Virus record (IMG/VR): IMGVR_UViG_3300012231_000050
Coordinates: 1-24,047 of that record
From: a virus
Lineage: Duplodnaviria; Caudoviricetes
Strand: one strand, 5' to 3'
DNA: 24,047 bases
The notes below the pieces were generated by a model. It had not been told where the DNA came from and made no database searches. It saw nothing but the letters and a program-made list of their open reading frames with translations. The position numbers and the translations under genes were made by a program. Of this stretch, positions 5,460 through 14,668 are shown one piece after another (the stretch's first letter is position 1; every line of letters begins with the position of its first letter).

Positions 5460-5615
5460 TTGACAGCCGAAGAGTTTCGAGTTGACTTGAAACGATTCAT
5501 CGAGGACGATTACGGTTTTGAAGTAGAGTTACAAGGCAAGCGTCTAGTCGTGCGGGACGGTGAAGAGAAGCCATTGATCATTTTGGTAACCCGAGCGCGG
5601 GTAACCCGAGAGTGA
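5460..5615 (+). CDS. Small hypothetical protein (51 aa, not in the ORF track)
   Basis: AGGAG then TTG start; MTAEEFRVDLKRFIEDDYGFEV...; GTGA overlap with the next gene. Confidence 0.7.
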   Translation: MTAEEFRVDLKRFIEDDYGFEVELQGKRLVVRDGEEKPLIILVTRARVTRE

Positions 5616-5821
5616 AAAGATCGTCAGACGAAAAAGTTCGGGTGAGCACTCCGCGATGCGTGAATTGCTGGCAGCCTATGTTATGGGTTGTCGGTAGCAA
5701 GACTCGTATGACGTGTGAGTGTGGGCATCGTGCAGCAATCTTCCCACCATCCGTACCAGATGCGGGTTGGCTAGCACAAGTACCTACGACTCTCGATATT
5801 TTAAGAGGTATTAATGAATGA
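5612..5821 (+). CDS. Small Zn-ribbon protein
   Basis: CVNC...CECGH; coupled overlaps at both ends. Confidence 0.65.
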   Translation: MKRSSDEKVRVSTPRCVNCWQPMLWVVGSKTRMTCECGHRAAIFPPSVPDAGWLAQVPTTLDILRGINE

Positions 5822-6294
5822 CTAATGAAACAAAGGGAAAAAGCACTAATCTTCTAGTACGCTTGGCCAACCGTGATGGGGGGTGGAAATGTTACTATTG
5901 CAAAATGGATCTGTTAGATGTTTCTAAGATGACGAGGCAAGATATTCAGATAAATAGACTAGAGGAGAATTACCCAACCAAAGATCACTTGATTCCTTTG
6001 TCTCGAAACGGTGCAAACAATTTCGACAACCTCGTATTGAGTTGCTATACGTGTAACCATACGAAAGCAGATAAAACTCCTGAAGAGTTTGCGCCCGTTG
6101 GACCTGGATCAATGATCGATCCAGCGTATCGGAAGTGGATTGATCGTTCTCCTAGCGCAGCGGAAAAGAAGGAGGAACAGAGAATACTCAAGCTTGCACG
6201 TAAGAGATTAAAAATGACTAACAAGCAACTTCAAGAATCCGCTCTGGACGCACAATTCAATTTGATCAAGCCAAAATCGGGTGATTGGAAATAA
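5818..6294 (+). CDS. HNH endonuclease (McrA-like)
   Basis: RDGGWKCYYC...TKDHLIPLSRNGANNFDNLVLSCYTCNHTK. Confidence 0.9.
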   Translation: MTNETKGKSTNLLVRLANRDGGWKCYYCKMDLLDVSKMTRQDIQINRLEENYPTKDHLIPLSRNGANNFDNLVLSCYTCNHTKADKTPEEFAPVGPGSMIDPAYRKWIDRSPSAAEKKEEQRILKLARKRLKMTNKQLQESALDAQFNLIKPKSGDWK

Positions 6295-7842
6295 ATGGTA
6301 AGCCTTAAATTTACACCCGTTGAGGAGAAGTATGAGCCTCATGAGTTCCAGCTTGAAGATCTGGAGTTCCTTAACAAGTTAGACTACTCGGCCAACTGGT
6401 CGGAGATGGGCACGTTTAAAACTAGCACCGGCCTGTGGTGGATTGAGAAAAAAACTGAGGAGCTTCCCGCTGCGAATGTTTTGATCGTCACCACGAAGTC
6501 GGGTAAGGGTGCGTTCTTCGAATGCATCCCTCGATGCTTAAAGACAGACGAGTGGAAGATCTTCAATGTGAGTTCTCGCATTACAGAAGAAGTGATTCTC
6601 CAAGACTTACGGGTAGAATCTGATATTGATGATCTAATACATGCGCTTATGGATCATGACCAAAAAGTTATGGTCTTGTCTCACTATCACGTCTTTGAGA
6701 ATCGTTCGGTACTCAAAGACATTTTCGAAGAGGGAATTGCTCGTAATGCCCTTGAGTGGGATGTTGTATTAATCGATGAAGCACATAAGATCAAATCGAA
6801 AGATGTACAGTGGGGTAGAAATCTAAAGAAGCAGTCTAAGTACGCACGCTTCCGGCATGCCATGACGGGGACGGGCTTCGTTAACAATCCCGCTGAGCTA
6901 TACTCGATTCTAAATTTCCTTCGTCCGGACGTATACACGTCGTATTGGAGGTTCCGTAGGAAGTATTGTGAAGAGGAAAACTGGACAGGCTACGCGAAGA
7001 TCGTAGGCGTACGCGAATCGAGGATCGATGAGTTCATTGCCATGCGCCGGTCCTTTGGTCCACGTAGGAGAATGGCTGAAGTACACAAAGACATCTTAGA
7101 GCCAATCTTTCATGATGTTGAAGTAGAGCTTAATCCGACGCAGAAACGTATGTATAAGGAGATTGTTAAAGAACTTAGAATGCTCGATCAGCAGGGTGTT
7201 CCTATCCATTCACCGAACGTTGTTTCGCAACTTCAACGTCTACGACAGATTGCAGTAGCTACGCCCGAACTAGTCGATTCGTACTACGATCCGAAACTGG
7301 ATCGTCTTGTTCAAGAAGTTAGACTTACGGAACCATCAAGTAAACTCGATGCAGTAATGGAGTTGCTTGAAGGTATGGAGTGGGATGTCGAGGCAAGACA
7401 GCAAGTGGTCGTGTTCTCAAATTTCCGTGATCCATTAGAGCTATTGAAGAAACGGCTAGACGAACAACGGGACAAGAACGGCCGATTACTTCGTGAGGCT
7501 ATTCCGTATATCCACATGGAGCAAAAAGATTCAGAGCAAACACGTTTCGAAAAGTGGAAGATTCAATGGCCTAAGAAGGAAGAACAACTATTTCTCTCGA
7601 CTATTGATCTTGGCGGCGAATCGATTAACCTATCTTCGGCACAGTATTGTATCTTCCTAGACAGAAGTTGGAGTCCGGCCAAAAATCTACAAGCTGTGGG
7701 TCGCATCTATCGCCCCGGCCAAAAGAACCAAGCCGAAATAATCTACATCAATGCAAAGGCTACGGTTGATAAGAGAGTTCTTGATAATGTGACTCAAAAG
7801 GTTGGCTGGTTCAATCTATTGTTCAGTGATGAGGAGGGATAG
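6295..7842 (+). CDS. SNF2-related (SF2) DNA helicase
   Basis: EMGTFKT, IDEAH, MTGT, PAELYSILNFL, SSKLDAV, VVFSNF, GESINL, WSPAKNLQAVGRIYRPGQ. Confidence 0.92.
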   Translation: MVSLKFTPVEEKYEPHEFQLEDLEFLNKLDYSANWSEMGTFKTSTGLWWIEKKTEELPAANVLIVTTKSGKGAFFECIPRCLKTDEWKIFNVSSRITEEVILQDLRVESDIDDLIHALMDHDQKVMVLSHYHVFENRSVLKDIFEEGIARNALEWDVVLIDEAHKIKSKDVQWGRNLKKQSKYARFRHAMTGTGFVNNPAELYSILNFLRPDVYTSYWRFRRKYCEEENWTGYAKIVGVRESRIDEFIAMRRSFGPRRRMAEVHKDILEPIFHDVEVELNPTQKRMYKEIVKELRMLDQQGVPIHSPNVVSQLQRLRQIAVATPELVDSYYDPKLDRLVQEVRLTEPSSKLDAVMELLEGMEWDVEARQQVVVFSNFRDPLELLKKRLDEQRDKNGRLLREAIPYIHMEQKDSEQTRFEKWKIQWPKKEEQLFLSTIDLGGESINLSSAQYCIFLDRSWSPAKNLQAVGRIYRPGQKNQAEIIYINAKATVDKRVLDNVTQKVGWFNLLFSDEEG

Positions 7843-8039
7843 TGACGGACGCCCCGATAAATGGCATCGCCAAAATGCTTCAAGATTTGCCGCGTGTAAC
7901 CCGCGAGCAACAAGAGATTGACGGCACTTGTCCTCGCTGCAATGGACTAGGTGGTATCTATGCGGGTCACCCTGACGGCATTCGGGTGTTCGTGCGCTGC
8001 CCTGCTAGGTGCGTCAACGGGAAGGTGACGACATCGTGA
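7842..8039 (+). CDS. Small Zn-finger protein (CxxCxGxG type)
   Basis: CPRCNGLG...CPARCVNGKV; GAGGAGG RBS. Confidence 0.7.
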   Translation: MTDAPINGIAKMLQDLPRVTREQQEIDGTCPRCNGLGGIYAGHPDGIRVFVRCPARCVNGKVTTS

Positions 8040-8311
8040 ACAAGGATACACGCGACGAGTGTGCGCAGTTAATTGGCACACAGGTCACACCACTTCTAGA
8101 GAGCGGGTCGCTACCGCCGATGTGGCCGTTTTGGCTACCACTTGTCGATGCTATCGCAGAACGAATCATAGACTCCCGCGTAGGGCATCTAGAGCGGGGG
8201 CTAGTCTGGATCCAGGAGTTCGCAGCCAAGATGACGGATACGCACACGGGCTTCGTTCACGTTGAGCGACGCGCTCGTACTGCGCTCGCAGAAAGGACGA
8301 TGACTAAGTGA
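8036..8311 (+). CDS. Hypothetical protein
   Basis: GTGA overlap with the previous gene suggests a start at 8036 within ORF 8009-8311. Confidence 0.65.
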   Translation: MNKDTRDECAQLIGTQVTPLLESGSLPPMWPFWLPLVDAIAERIIDSRVGHLERGLVWIQEFAAKMTDTHTGFVHVERRARTALAERTMTK

Positions 8312-8679
8312 TTTCTACATTAGAAGACATGAAAGAAATTCTTGATGAGGTTGCCTACCTTAACTGGCATTTCATTCTAACGCAAGATCAAGCAGGCAAA
8401 CCTTATCTACAAGTTGCATTTACAGCACGCGATATCGTATCGGGAGAGTCTTGTACGCAAAAGGGACGCAAGTGGAAGCTGTCTTGGTATATGACCAGAA
8501 GTGAAATTGTCTATACAGCTTTCAAGGCGGTGCTAACCGCCGTAGAGCATGAGACGCGCGAATCTTTTCGCTACAAGAATCGAACGATCTTCAGTCCACA
8601 CTTTGACGTAGATAAACTAGTGGAATTCGCCGGAGAAGCGGATAATATTGACATGCGAACAGGAGTGTGGGTTGCCTGA
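8308..8679 (+). CDS. Phage hypothetical protein
   Basis: 123-aa ORF in the coupled gene string; GRKWKLS..MTRSEIVYTAFKAVLTAVEHE. Confidence 0.75.
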   Translation: MISTLEDMKEILDEVAYLNWHFILTQDQAGKPYLQVAFTARDIVSGESCTQKGRKWKLSWYMTRSEIVYTAFKAVLTAVEHETRESFRYKNRTIFSPHFDVDKLVEFAGEADNIDMRTGVWVA

Positions 8680-8803
8680 CATAGCTTGGAAGTGGCGTAA
8701 GTGGACTTTTGGATTCTGGTGGGATCCCGAGAATTGGACTCAGTTCGGCATTGATTTCGGACCGCTCGAAATTGTATGGCGCAGCCCAGGTTATAGACCC
8801 TAA
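8672..8803 (+). CDS. Small Trp-rich protein (43 aa, not in the ORF track)
   Basis: AGGAG-N6-TTG; MPDIAWKWRKWTFGFWWDPENWTQFGIDFGPLEIVWRSPGYRP fills the gap. Confidence 0.6.
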   Translation: MPDIAWKWRKWTFGFWWDPENWTQFGIDFGPLEIVWRSPGYRP

Positions 8804-8812
8804 AGGAGAGCA

Positions 8813-9088
8813 ATGCTTTTCATGATTTGTCGTAAGGACGCAGTTGATCGGAACATTAAGACGAGTGAATTATTCCCTGTGATCGTAGAGTATCCTGAAG
8901 ACACGCCCCACGACATTATCGTAGAAGAGACGCTACACAAAAAATGGGCAGGCTATTTCCCGAAGGACAAGGCATACTATTGTATTCCGATGGGCGACGC
9001 TTCTCTAGTAAGTTTTAGGCCCATACCCCAACCAAAGTACGATGTTATCGTACAACGACTTTCTGATGGTATATACTATGAGCGTTAG
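8813..9088 (+). CDS. Hypothetical protein
   Basis: AAGGAG RBS; 91-aa ORF. Confidence 0.75.
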   Translation: MLFMICRKDAVDRNIKTSELFPVIVEYPEDTPHDIIVEETLHKKWAGYFPKDKAYYCIPMGDASLVSFRPIPQPKYDVIVQRLSDGIYYER

Positions 9089-9090
9089 GA

Positions 9091-9318
9091 TTGGACATGG
9101 CGATTGAATGGGATAAACCGATTGAATGGGAAGCTCGTTTGGGTAATAATCTGATCCTCGTAAAGTACATCACGGCTCCCGGAACGAGTTATATCTATCG
9201 ATTGCCGTCAATTAAGGGGCGTGTCACATGGTACGCACGCAACGCTGGTAAGAAGCGATGGCTAAAACAATACTCGGAGACTGAGAACAGCATGCGGATA
9301 TTGAGCGCCCATGATTGA
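9091..9318 (+). CDS. Hypothetical protein
   Basis: Fills the gap; start may be ATG 9097. Confidence 0.6.
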   Translation: MDMAIEWDKPIEWEARLGNNLILVKYITAPGTSYIYRLPSIKGRVTWYARNAGKKRWLKQYSETENSMRILSAHD

Positions 9319-9784
9319 GCCTGGGCACATTGCTCCCCCTGCGGAGCACTTTGAATTAGGGGATAGGGTAGAGTACCACCACAGGGCTTGTGTAGCGAGA
9401 ATTGCGAATAACAAACATATCCTTGGGATTGGTCGCTTTCCCTCAAATCCGGCTAGTTGGCATTTCGTAAGGGAGGGTAGTCCAGGAATACCTTGGTTCG
9501 AGGGTAAAGATCCCTTGAACATTCGGGCGGATCGAAACGTACGGAATAAGACGATCATCATATGGCCCGAAGACGGAGGCGGTGTTGTAATCGGATTGGT
9601 TCGAAGGGAAATTGGTTTGTCCGTTTCGCCAAGTAGTTACAATACTCTGGACGGATACGATCATGACCCCGGATACTTTGCGGTCGAAGAACGCCATTGG
9701 CTTTACGCGATTAAACAAAGTATCTCAGGGGTGAATTTTGTATTTGCGCCTATGTGGGCTACAAAGGTGGTGGAAAATGACTAG
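9311..9784 (+). CDS. Hypothetical protein
   Basis: 157-aa ORF overlapping both neighbours. Confidence 0.7.
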   Translation: MIEPGHIAPPAEHFELGDRVEYHHRACVARIANNKHILGIGRFPSNPASWHFVREGSPGIPWFEGKDPLNIRADRNVRNKTIIIWPEDGGGVVIGLVRREIGLSVSPSSYNTLDGYDHDPGYFAVEERHWLYAIKQSISGVNFVFAPMWATKVVEND

Positions 9785-10217
9785 CCTAGGATTTACTGGC
9801 TCTCGCTCAGGACCGACAATAGGACAGATCGCGGCGGTAGAAACTTTACTTGTGTCCTACCAACCTACGAGTGTCCATCATGGTGATTGTGTCGGCGCTG
9901 ATGAATGGTTTCATGAGACAGTTATTGCCTCTTGCCGAAAGCACAAGTCGCTAATTCACATACATCCTCCAATTGATCCTAAGTATCGCGCATGGTGCGA
10001 AAAGCTAGGATCTAGAGATAGGATGGTTATTCATGAACCGCTTCCGTACCTGAAGCGTAACCAACGCATAGTAGATTTTTCCCATGTTTTAGTAGCTTGC
10101 CCTTCTACGAATAAGGAAGTAGTACGCTCAGGTACCTGGGCTACGGTACGGAGAGCGAGAGATAAAGGAATTCGTATTCACATCGTCTACCTTAATGGTA
10201 ACATTAAGCTGGAATAG
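9777..10217 (+). CDS. SLOG/DprA-YpsA-like Rossmann-fold nucleotide-binding protein
   Basis: LGFTGSR, VHHGDCVGAD, RNQRIVD, SGTWATVRRA; ATG 9777 preferred. Confidence 0.75.
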   Translation: MTSLGFTGSRSGPTIGQIAAVETLLVSYQPTSVHHGDCVGADEWFHETVIASCRKHKSLIHIHPPIDPKYRAWCEKLGSRDRMVIHEPLPYLKRNQRIVDFSHVLVACPSTNKEVVRSGTWATVRRARDKGIRIHIVYLNGNIKLE

Positions 10218-10238
10218 TTGTCAACAAAGAAAACGGCC

Positions 10239-10267
10239 TTGACACGCGAGGCCGAAGGTGACAGACT
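10239..10267 (+). promoter_or_regulatory. Putative promoter
   Basis: TTGACA-17 nt-CAGACT with an extended TG, in an intergenic gap. Confidence 0.55.
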
Positions 10268-10415
10268 GCCCCGGCTCACGGGGTTAGCGGTTGCTGGTGC
10301 CACCCTGGGGAGTGGACTGACAGGCCCGACGGGATTCGGCACACGGTAATCAGGTGTCGATATTAATTCGTAGACTTGCCTAGGTCTACGTCTCCAACTG
10401 GAGGAGTCCATAACC

Positions 10416-10709
10416 ATGAGCTATCCTGTTCCAATCCTTAGAATCGAGGTAGAGGGCGTAAAGCACTCTATTGTTCAGCATCTTGCGACGAGTGCGCAAG
10501 AGTTCGCTGAAATCGTTCGGGAAGAAGTTGAACAGTTCGATATCGAAGCAAACATTCGCCATCAAGTGAAGATGGCTGTTCCCCGCATTCTACAAGAGAC
10601 GATAGACGAGATGGTGGACGAGATTGGTCGAGAGACGGCACAGTGGGTAAGGCAAGAGTTTACACCAGTCATTCAGGAAGCATACACGAAAGCGTATAAG
10701 AGTCAGTGA
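10416..10709 (+). CDS. Hypothetical protein
   Basis: GGAGGAG RBS; 97-aa ORF. Confidence 0.75.
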   Translation: MSYPVPILRIEVEGVKHSIVQHLATSAQEFAEIVREEVEQFDIEANIRHQVKMAVPRILQETIDEMVDEIGRETAQWVRQEFTPVIQEAYTKAYKSQ

Positions 10710-11062
10710 AACTTCCAATAGTTGTTTCAAAACGTAGTAAGATCGACAAACTGTATCATACCGTCGAGCAGGAACGTAAAGCGCGAATCAGTGCTGAACA
10801 AGCTGCGGCCAAGATGGGACATAGAGTGCGTAAAGGTCTACTGGACCTTGGGGATCTTGCACAGGAGCTTAGGCTTCTTACCGTTCACCTTACACGATCC
10901 CGTGAACGCCGATCCGTTCGATTCGAATTTGAATTAGCCGACGACGTTCTAATCGAAGGCTTTCGACGCAGCGATCGTGGGGAATATCTGCGCCAAGCCG
11001 TAGCACATCATGTAGAGATGGCATTCTACAAGAATCTAGATATGAAAGATTTAATCCGATGA
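10706..11062 (+). CDS. Hypothetical protein
   Basis: GTGA and ATGA coupling. Confidence 0.7.
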   Translation: MKLPIVVSKRSKIDKLYHTVEQERKARISAEQAAAKMGHRVRKGLLDLGDLAQELRLLTVHLTRSRERRSVRFEFELADDVLIEGFRRSDRGEYLRQAVAHHVEMAFYKNLDMKDLIR

Positions 11063-11427
11063 AAGTCGTTGAACCTGGACACATCTACGATTTGCGTCAG
11101 CTTGACGGTGATGGTACTCCCTTGCGATTAGTCTTTGTCAATCGTGAAGAGGGCGACGAGCATGAAGGTACGCAGACGCAAGAAGTTTTGCGTGTCTGCA
11201 TTGACATGCTCGATTCTCTCATTGATCGGACTAACCATTGTGATGATTGTTTGCGATGGGAAGGTAACGATCACATCATCAAGAATATGACGGAAGCTCA
11301 GCGTCATCTACGTCTAGCGATACTTGGTCATGAAGCGCGAAAACTAGAGCGTGACATGGAGAAGGAACGCATTAGTGTAGAAGATATTCCAATCGGCGAC
11401 GATGGACATTTTATGGTGTGCGACTAG
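11059..11427 (+). CDS. Hypothetical protein, possibly Acb2/Tad1-like helical hairpin
   Basis: EGTQTQEVL...LIDR...EGN..I....EA...L.....R pattern; family call tentative. Confidence 0.6.
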   Translation: MKVVEPGHIYDLRQLDGDGTPLRLVFVNREEGDEHEGTQTQEVLRVCIDMLDSLIDRTNHCDDCLRWEGNDHIIKNMTEAQRHLRLAILGHEARKLERDMEKERISVEDIPIGDDGHFMVCD

Positions 11428-11428
11428 A

Positions 11429-11590
11429 ATGAAGATTACTCAGGAAAGCCACAAGGTGGGGATTGCTAGACTCGATGCGATCTTTGGGTGGAATTTCGAA
11501 GCGCATAAGCCCCGTGCGAAGCATTCGCGACCTAAGTCAAAGAGGCTTAGGCGAAAACGAGCACATGAAGCACGCCGGAAGAACAGATGA
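11429..11590 (+). CDS. Small basic protein
   Basis: Arg/Lys-rich C-terminus; ATGA overlap with the next gene. Confidence 0.55.
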   Translation: MKITQESHKVGIARLDAIFGWNFEAHKPRAKHSRPKSKRLRRKRAHEARRKNR

Positions 11591-12801
11591 CGTGGGCACC
11601 GATTATAATTCCTAGTAAATGGGATATTATTCCCATCCATGCTAGTGATGTTGCGTCGTTCATGCGATGTCGACGCTACTGGTCGTGGTCTTCGCCCACC
11701 AGAAGTAATCTCCGCCGTAGAGTAGAACTTCACGGAATCAATCCGAACCTCTGGTATGGATCGGGTATCCATTGGGCTTTGGAGAAAGCTTACAATCCCC
11801 TGCTTAAGCGTGATCCAGTCGAAGCATTTACGACATGGTTCCAATGGCAGTGGAAGGGTGGGCATGTTCCAGAGGATATGCTGAACGAAACGTATGATCC
11901 AAATCCAGTAAAGACTAAAGATGGATATACGATTCGGGGATTGGAAGATCTACTACCACAGGCGGATGAAGAGGAATTTCTAGGGTATCGTGATCTAGGA
12001 ATCGGCATGATGACTTTCTACAAAGAGTACGCAAAGAAGAATGATGACTTTGAAGTAGTCGCCGCCGAGTCTCAATTCAGTGTTCCGCTTGGTTTTAGCG
12101 TTAAGGATGTTCGTCAAGATTCCCCGAACTACGGTGAGAAACTTGAAGCGCATCTTCGCGGTAAGCGCGACGCAATCATTTACTACCCCGAACGCAAAGA
12201 GCCACGTCTACAGTACGGGATACTAGAGAATAAGACAGCAGCCAAGGTGGACGAGGACTACTTCCTTAAGTTGGAGAACGATCCACAGTGTTCTACGTAT
12301 ATCGTTGCCTCGGTCCATGAGGCGCGGACGTATGGGTATCCGTGGGAGCACATCGAAGAGGTTCTCTACAATGCGCTAAGGAAGGCGTATCCAAAACCTC
12401 CGACTATTACTAGTCATGGATTCCCTTCTCTTAACCGCGCACAAGAATCTACGACCGCTGATATGTTCGTAGAGTGTGTGAAGGAACTTGGTCTAGAGGA
12501 TTGGTATCACGAAGATCCGAAGGCTCAGAACTACTATGAGTATTTGGTCGGGATGGGTGATGGTAATTTCATTCAGCGCGACATAGCTACGCGCAATCCT
12601 CATCAGATCGATACCCACTTCAAGGAGCTTAAGGCTATAGCAAAAGAGATGCTAAATCCTAAGACTCCGATCTATAAGCACCCGTCCGGCATGTCGTCCT
12701 GTACCAAGTGCGCTTTCCGCGCTCCATGTCTAGCGCACGACGATGGTAGTGACTGGCAGGAAATGTTAGTCCAAGGTTACGAACAGAATCGTGGGCGATA
12801 A
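11587..12801 (+). CDS. PD-(D/E)XK Cas4/RecB-like exonuclease with Fe-S cysteines
   Basis: FMRCRR, GSGIHWALE, E.QF, GKRD...ENKT, Q..TY, C-terminal CTKCAFRAPC. Confidence 0.88.
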   Translation: MTWAPIIIPSKWDIIPIHASDVASFMRCRRYWSWSSPTRSNLRRRVELHGINPNLWYGSGIHWALEKAYNPLLKRDPVEAFTTWFQWQWKGGHVPEDMLNETYDPNPVKTKDGYTIRGLEDLLPQADEEEFLGYRDLGIGMMTFYKEYAKKNDDFEVVAAESQFSVPLGFSVKDVRQDSPNYGEKLEAHLRGKRDAIIYYPERKEPRLQYGILENKTAAKVDEDYFLKLENDPQCSTYIVASVHEARTYGYPWEHIEEVLYNALRKAYPKPPTITSHGFPSLNRAQESTTADMFVECVKELGLEDWYHEDPKAQNYYEYLVGMGDGNFIQRDIATRNPHQIDTHFKELKAIAKEMLNPKTPIYKHPSGMSSCTKCAFRAPCLAHDDGSDWQEMLVQGYEQNRGR

Positions 12802-13118
12802 TGAAGTACGCATGGGGAGAATTAAAGAACGGCGGAATACGCATTTGCCCTTGCGGAGAAGTTACGTTGGAAGACGATATGCACTTGTGTTCGCTAACGG
12901 AGGAACCTAAAATGACAGCGAATCCGATCAATTCCATCGAAGATCGTAATACGTGGATTGATTTCGGGCGACAAGCATACTTGATCTTTCTCGGAGCGCA
13001 AGAGGAAGGTGCTTCCGAACCGGACGCAATCAAGATGGTGAGTGCTTTCTACAAGGGAATGTTCGTGGGTGCCGCTGAAGCTAATCAAGATGAAGAAGGA
13101 GAGAAGAAGGATGTCTGA
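12801..13118 (+). CDS. Hypothetical protein
   Basis: TAATG coupling; alternative in-frame start at 12912 with a GGAGG RBS. Confidence 0.6.
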   Translation: MKYAWGELKNGGIRICPCGEVTLEDDMHLCSLTEEPKMTANPINSIEDRNTWIDFGRQAYLIFLGAQEEGASEPDAIKMVSAFYKGMFVGAAEANQDEEGEKKDV

Positions 13119-13587
13119 CGGTTCGAACATGGGTATTACAGCAAATCGGGCACTTGGTACAATAATCGGTAACGCAGATCAACCGAGTGAGAATGAAAAA
13201 GCTTCACGCGAAGACGTACTAGCGCGTGTTATGGCTGCGCCTTCACCCCTTGAAGGCGAATCCATCTACTCCCGACCGGGAAAAGATGCCTATTCTCTAG
13301 CCGCAGATTGTATTGCAAAAGCATTCCTACTAGTTGAGGCTGAGGCTCCGGGTACACTGGAAATCGAGCTTTATTACACAAAAGAGAACACTGATATTGA
13401 ATCCTTATGGGGCATGAAGAAAGATGCTGCGACGGCAAGTTGGGACGCAGTAGTTGATAGATGGCCGACATTTGATAATTGGCTCGGCGGTGCTACTGGT
13501 TTCCAAGTCGGTTTTGCGTATAACACGGCGCGATGGCTTAATGAGAAACCGATTGTAGGTAACCCTGCGATCATGACAATTGGATGA
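13111..13587 (+). CDS. Hypothetical protein
   Basis: AGGAG upstream of ATG 13111, inside ORF 13042-13587. Confidence 0.7.
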   Translation: MSDGSNMGITANRALGTIIGNADQPSENEKASREDVLARVMAAPSPLEGESIYSRPGKDAYSLAADCIAKAFLLVEAEAPGTLEIELYYTKENTDIESLWGMKKDAATASWDAVVDRWPTFDNWLGGATGFQVGFAYNTARWLNEKPIVGNPAIMTIG

Positions 13588-13844
13588 AGTTTACCGAAGT
13601 ACCTGATGATGTATTCGAAGATCTTGTACCCCAGAATAAATACCCAATACCAGAGCAACACGGACCACTACGACAGTTCGACAAAGAGATGCGATGTGCA
13701 TCACGAAGATGTGGTTCGTCTACTTTCTTCAAAGTGAATGGGATTTCTTACTGTATGATCCATTCCCTACGTGAATTGAACGCTATTATAGTTAGGGGGT
13801 TGGATGGCGAAAAGCCAGAAGGGAAAAGGAAAGAAACGACGTAG
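13584..13844 (+). CDS. Hypothetical Zn-binding protein
   Basis: CASRRC...YCMIH; ATGA coupling. Confidence 0.7.
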   Translation: MKFTEVPDDVFEDLVPQNKYPIPEQHGPLRQFDKEMRCASRRCGSSTFFKVNGISYCMIHSLRELNAIIVRGLDGEKPEGKRKETT

Positions 13845-13915
13845 AGGTTGGCACCGCTCCAAACGATCTAGTAAACATTTCGATTCAAAGCTCCGTAGAA
13901 TTGAGGAAGCTGTAG

Positions 13916-14647
13916 ATGGCACCAAGCCAAGTCAATAAAGGGCCACTAGCGGATCGGGTTACAACTCCCGACGCTATTAACTTTCTCAACGTTCTCGCCT
14001 ACGGCCTGTTCGGAAGTGGTAAGACAACTTTGGCGGGTACTGCCCAAGATCATCCCATGACTTCGCCTATATTGATGTTAGATGTAGAGGGTGGGACAAC
14101 TACCCTTAGGCATCGGAAGGACATCGATGTTATCCAGGTACGTTCCATCGGTGATGTCGTGGATGTGCATAATACACTGAGAACGGACAACGATGGTTTC
14201 TATAAGACTGTGGCTATCGACTCTCTCTCAGAGCTACACGATCTAGACATGCGTGAAATTATGCGGAGACGCGATCCTAACGCCGACGTTGCTCAGATTC
14301 AGGAGTGGGGTCAAGCTCGAAATCACATGCGCAAAATCGTTAGAGCGTATCGTGATCTACCGATGAACACAATATTCACCGCGCAGCTTGACATTGATAA
14401 AGACAACATTACCGGAGCAATTCAATACTCTCCGAGCTTTTCTGGCAAGTTGAAGACGGAACTACCGGGCTTCATCGATATTGTCGGATATCTCTATACT
14501 ACAATCGAGGAGGAGGAGATAATCAGGACAATCCAATTCGGCCAAACACGTAGAGTTATGGCTAAGGACAGAACGGGAGTCCTTGGCGGCAAGCTGGATA
14601 GTCCAACCATCCCCATGATGTGGGATATGATTCATCCAGCCAAATAA
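13916..14647 (+). CDS. AAA_24/Sak4-like ATPase (ssDNA-annealing recombinase)
   Basis: YGLFGSGKTT, LDVEGG, TVAIDSLSE, IFTA, DIVGYL, AKDR; lies between an exonuclease and an SSB. Confidence 0.88.
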   Translation: MAPSQVNKGPLADRVTTPDAINFLNVLAYGLFGSGKTTLAGTAQDHPMTSPILMLDVEGGTTTLRHRKDIDVIQVRSIGDVVDVHNTLRTDNDGFYKTVAIDSLSELHDLDMREIMRRRDPNADVAQIQEWGQARNHMRKIVRAYRDLPMNTIFTAQLDIDKDNITGAIQYSPSFSGKLKTELPGFIDIVGYLYTTIEEEEIIRTIQFGQTRRVMAKDRTGVLGGKLDSPTIPMMWDMIHPAK

Positions 14648-14668
14648 AAGAAAAGGAGAAAGAACAAA

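Noticed and set aside
5585-5610. 11-bp direct repeat GGTAACCCGAG
   Set aside because: Only two copies, inside a small CDS; no other instances noticed, so probably a local duplication.
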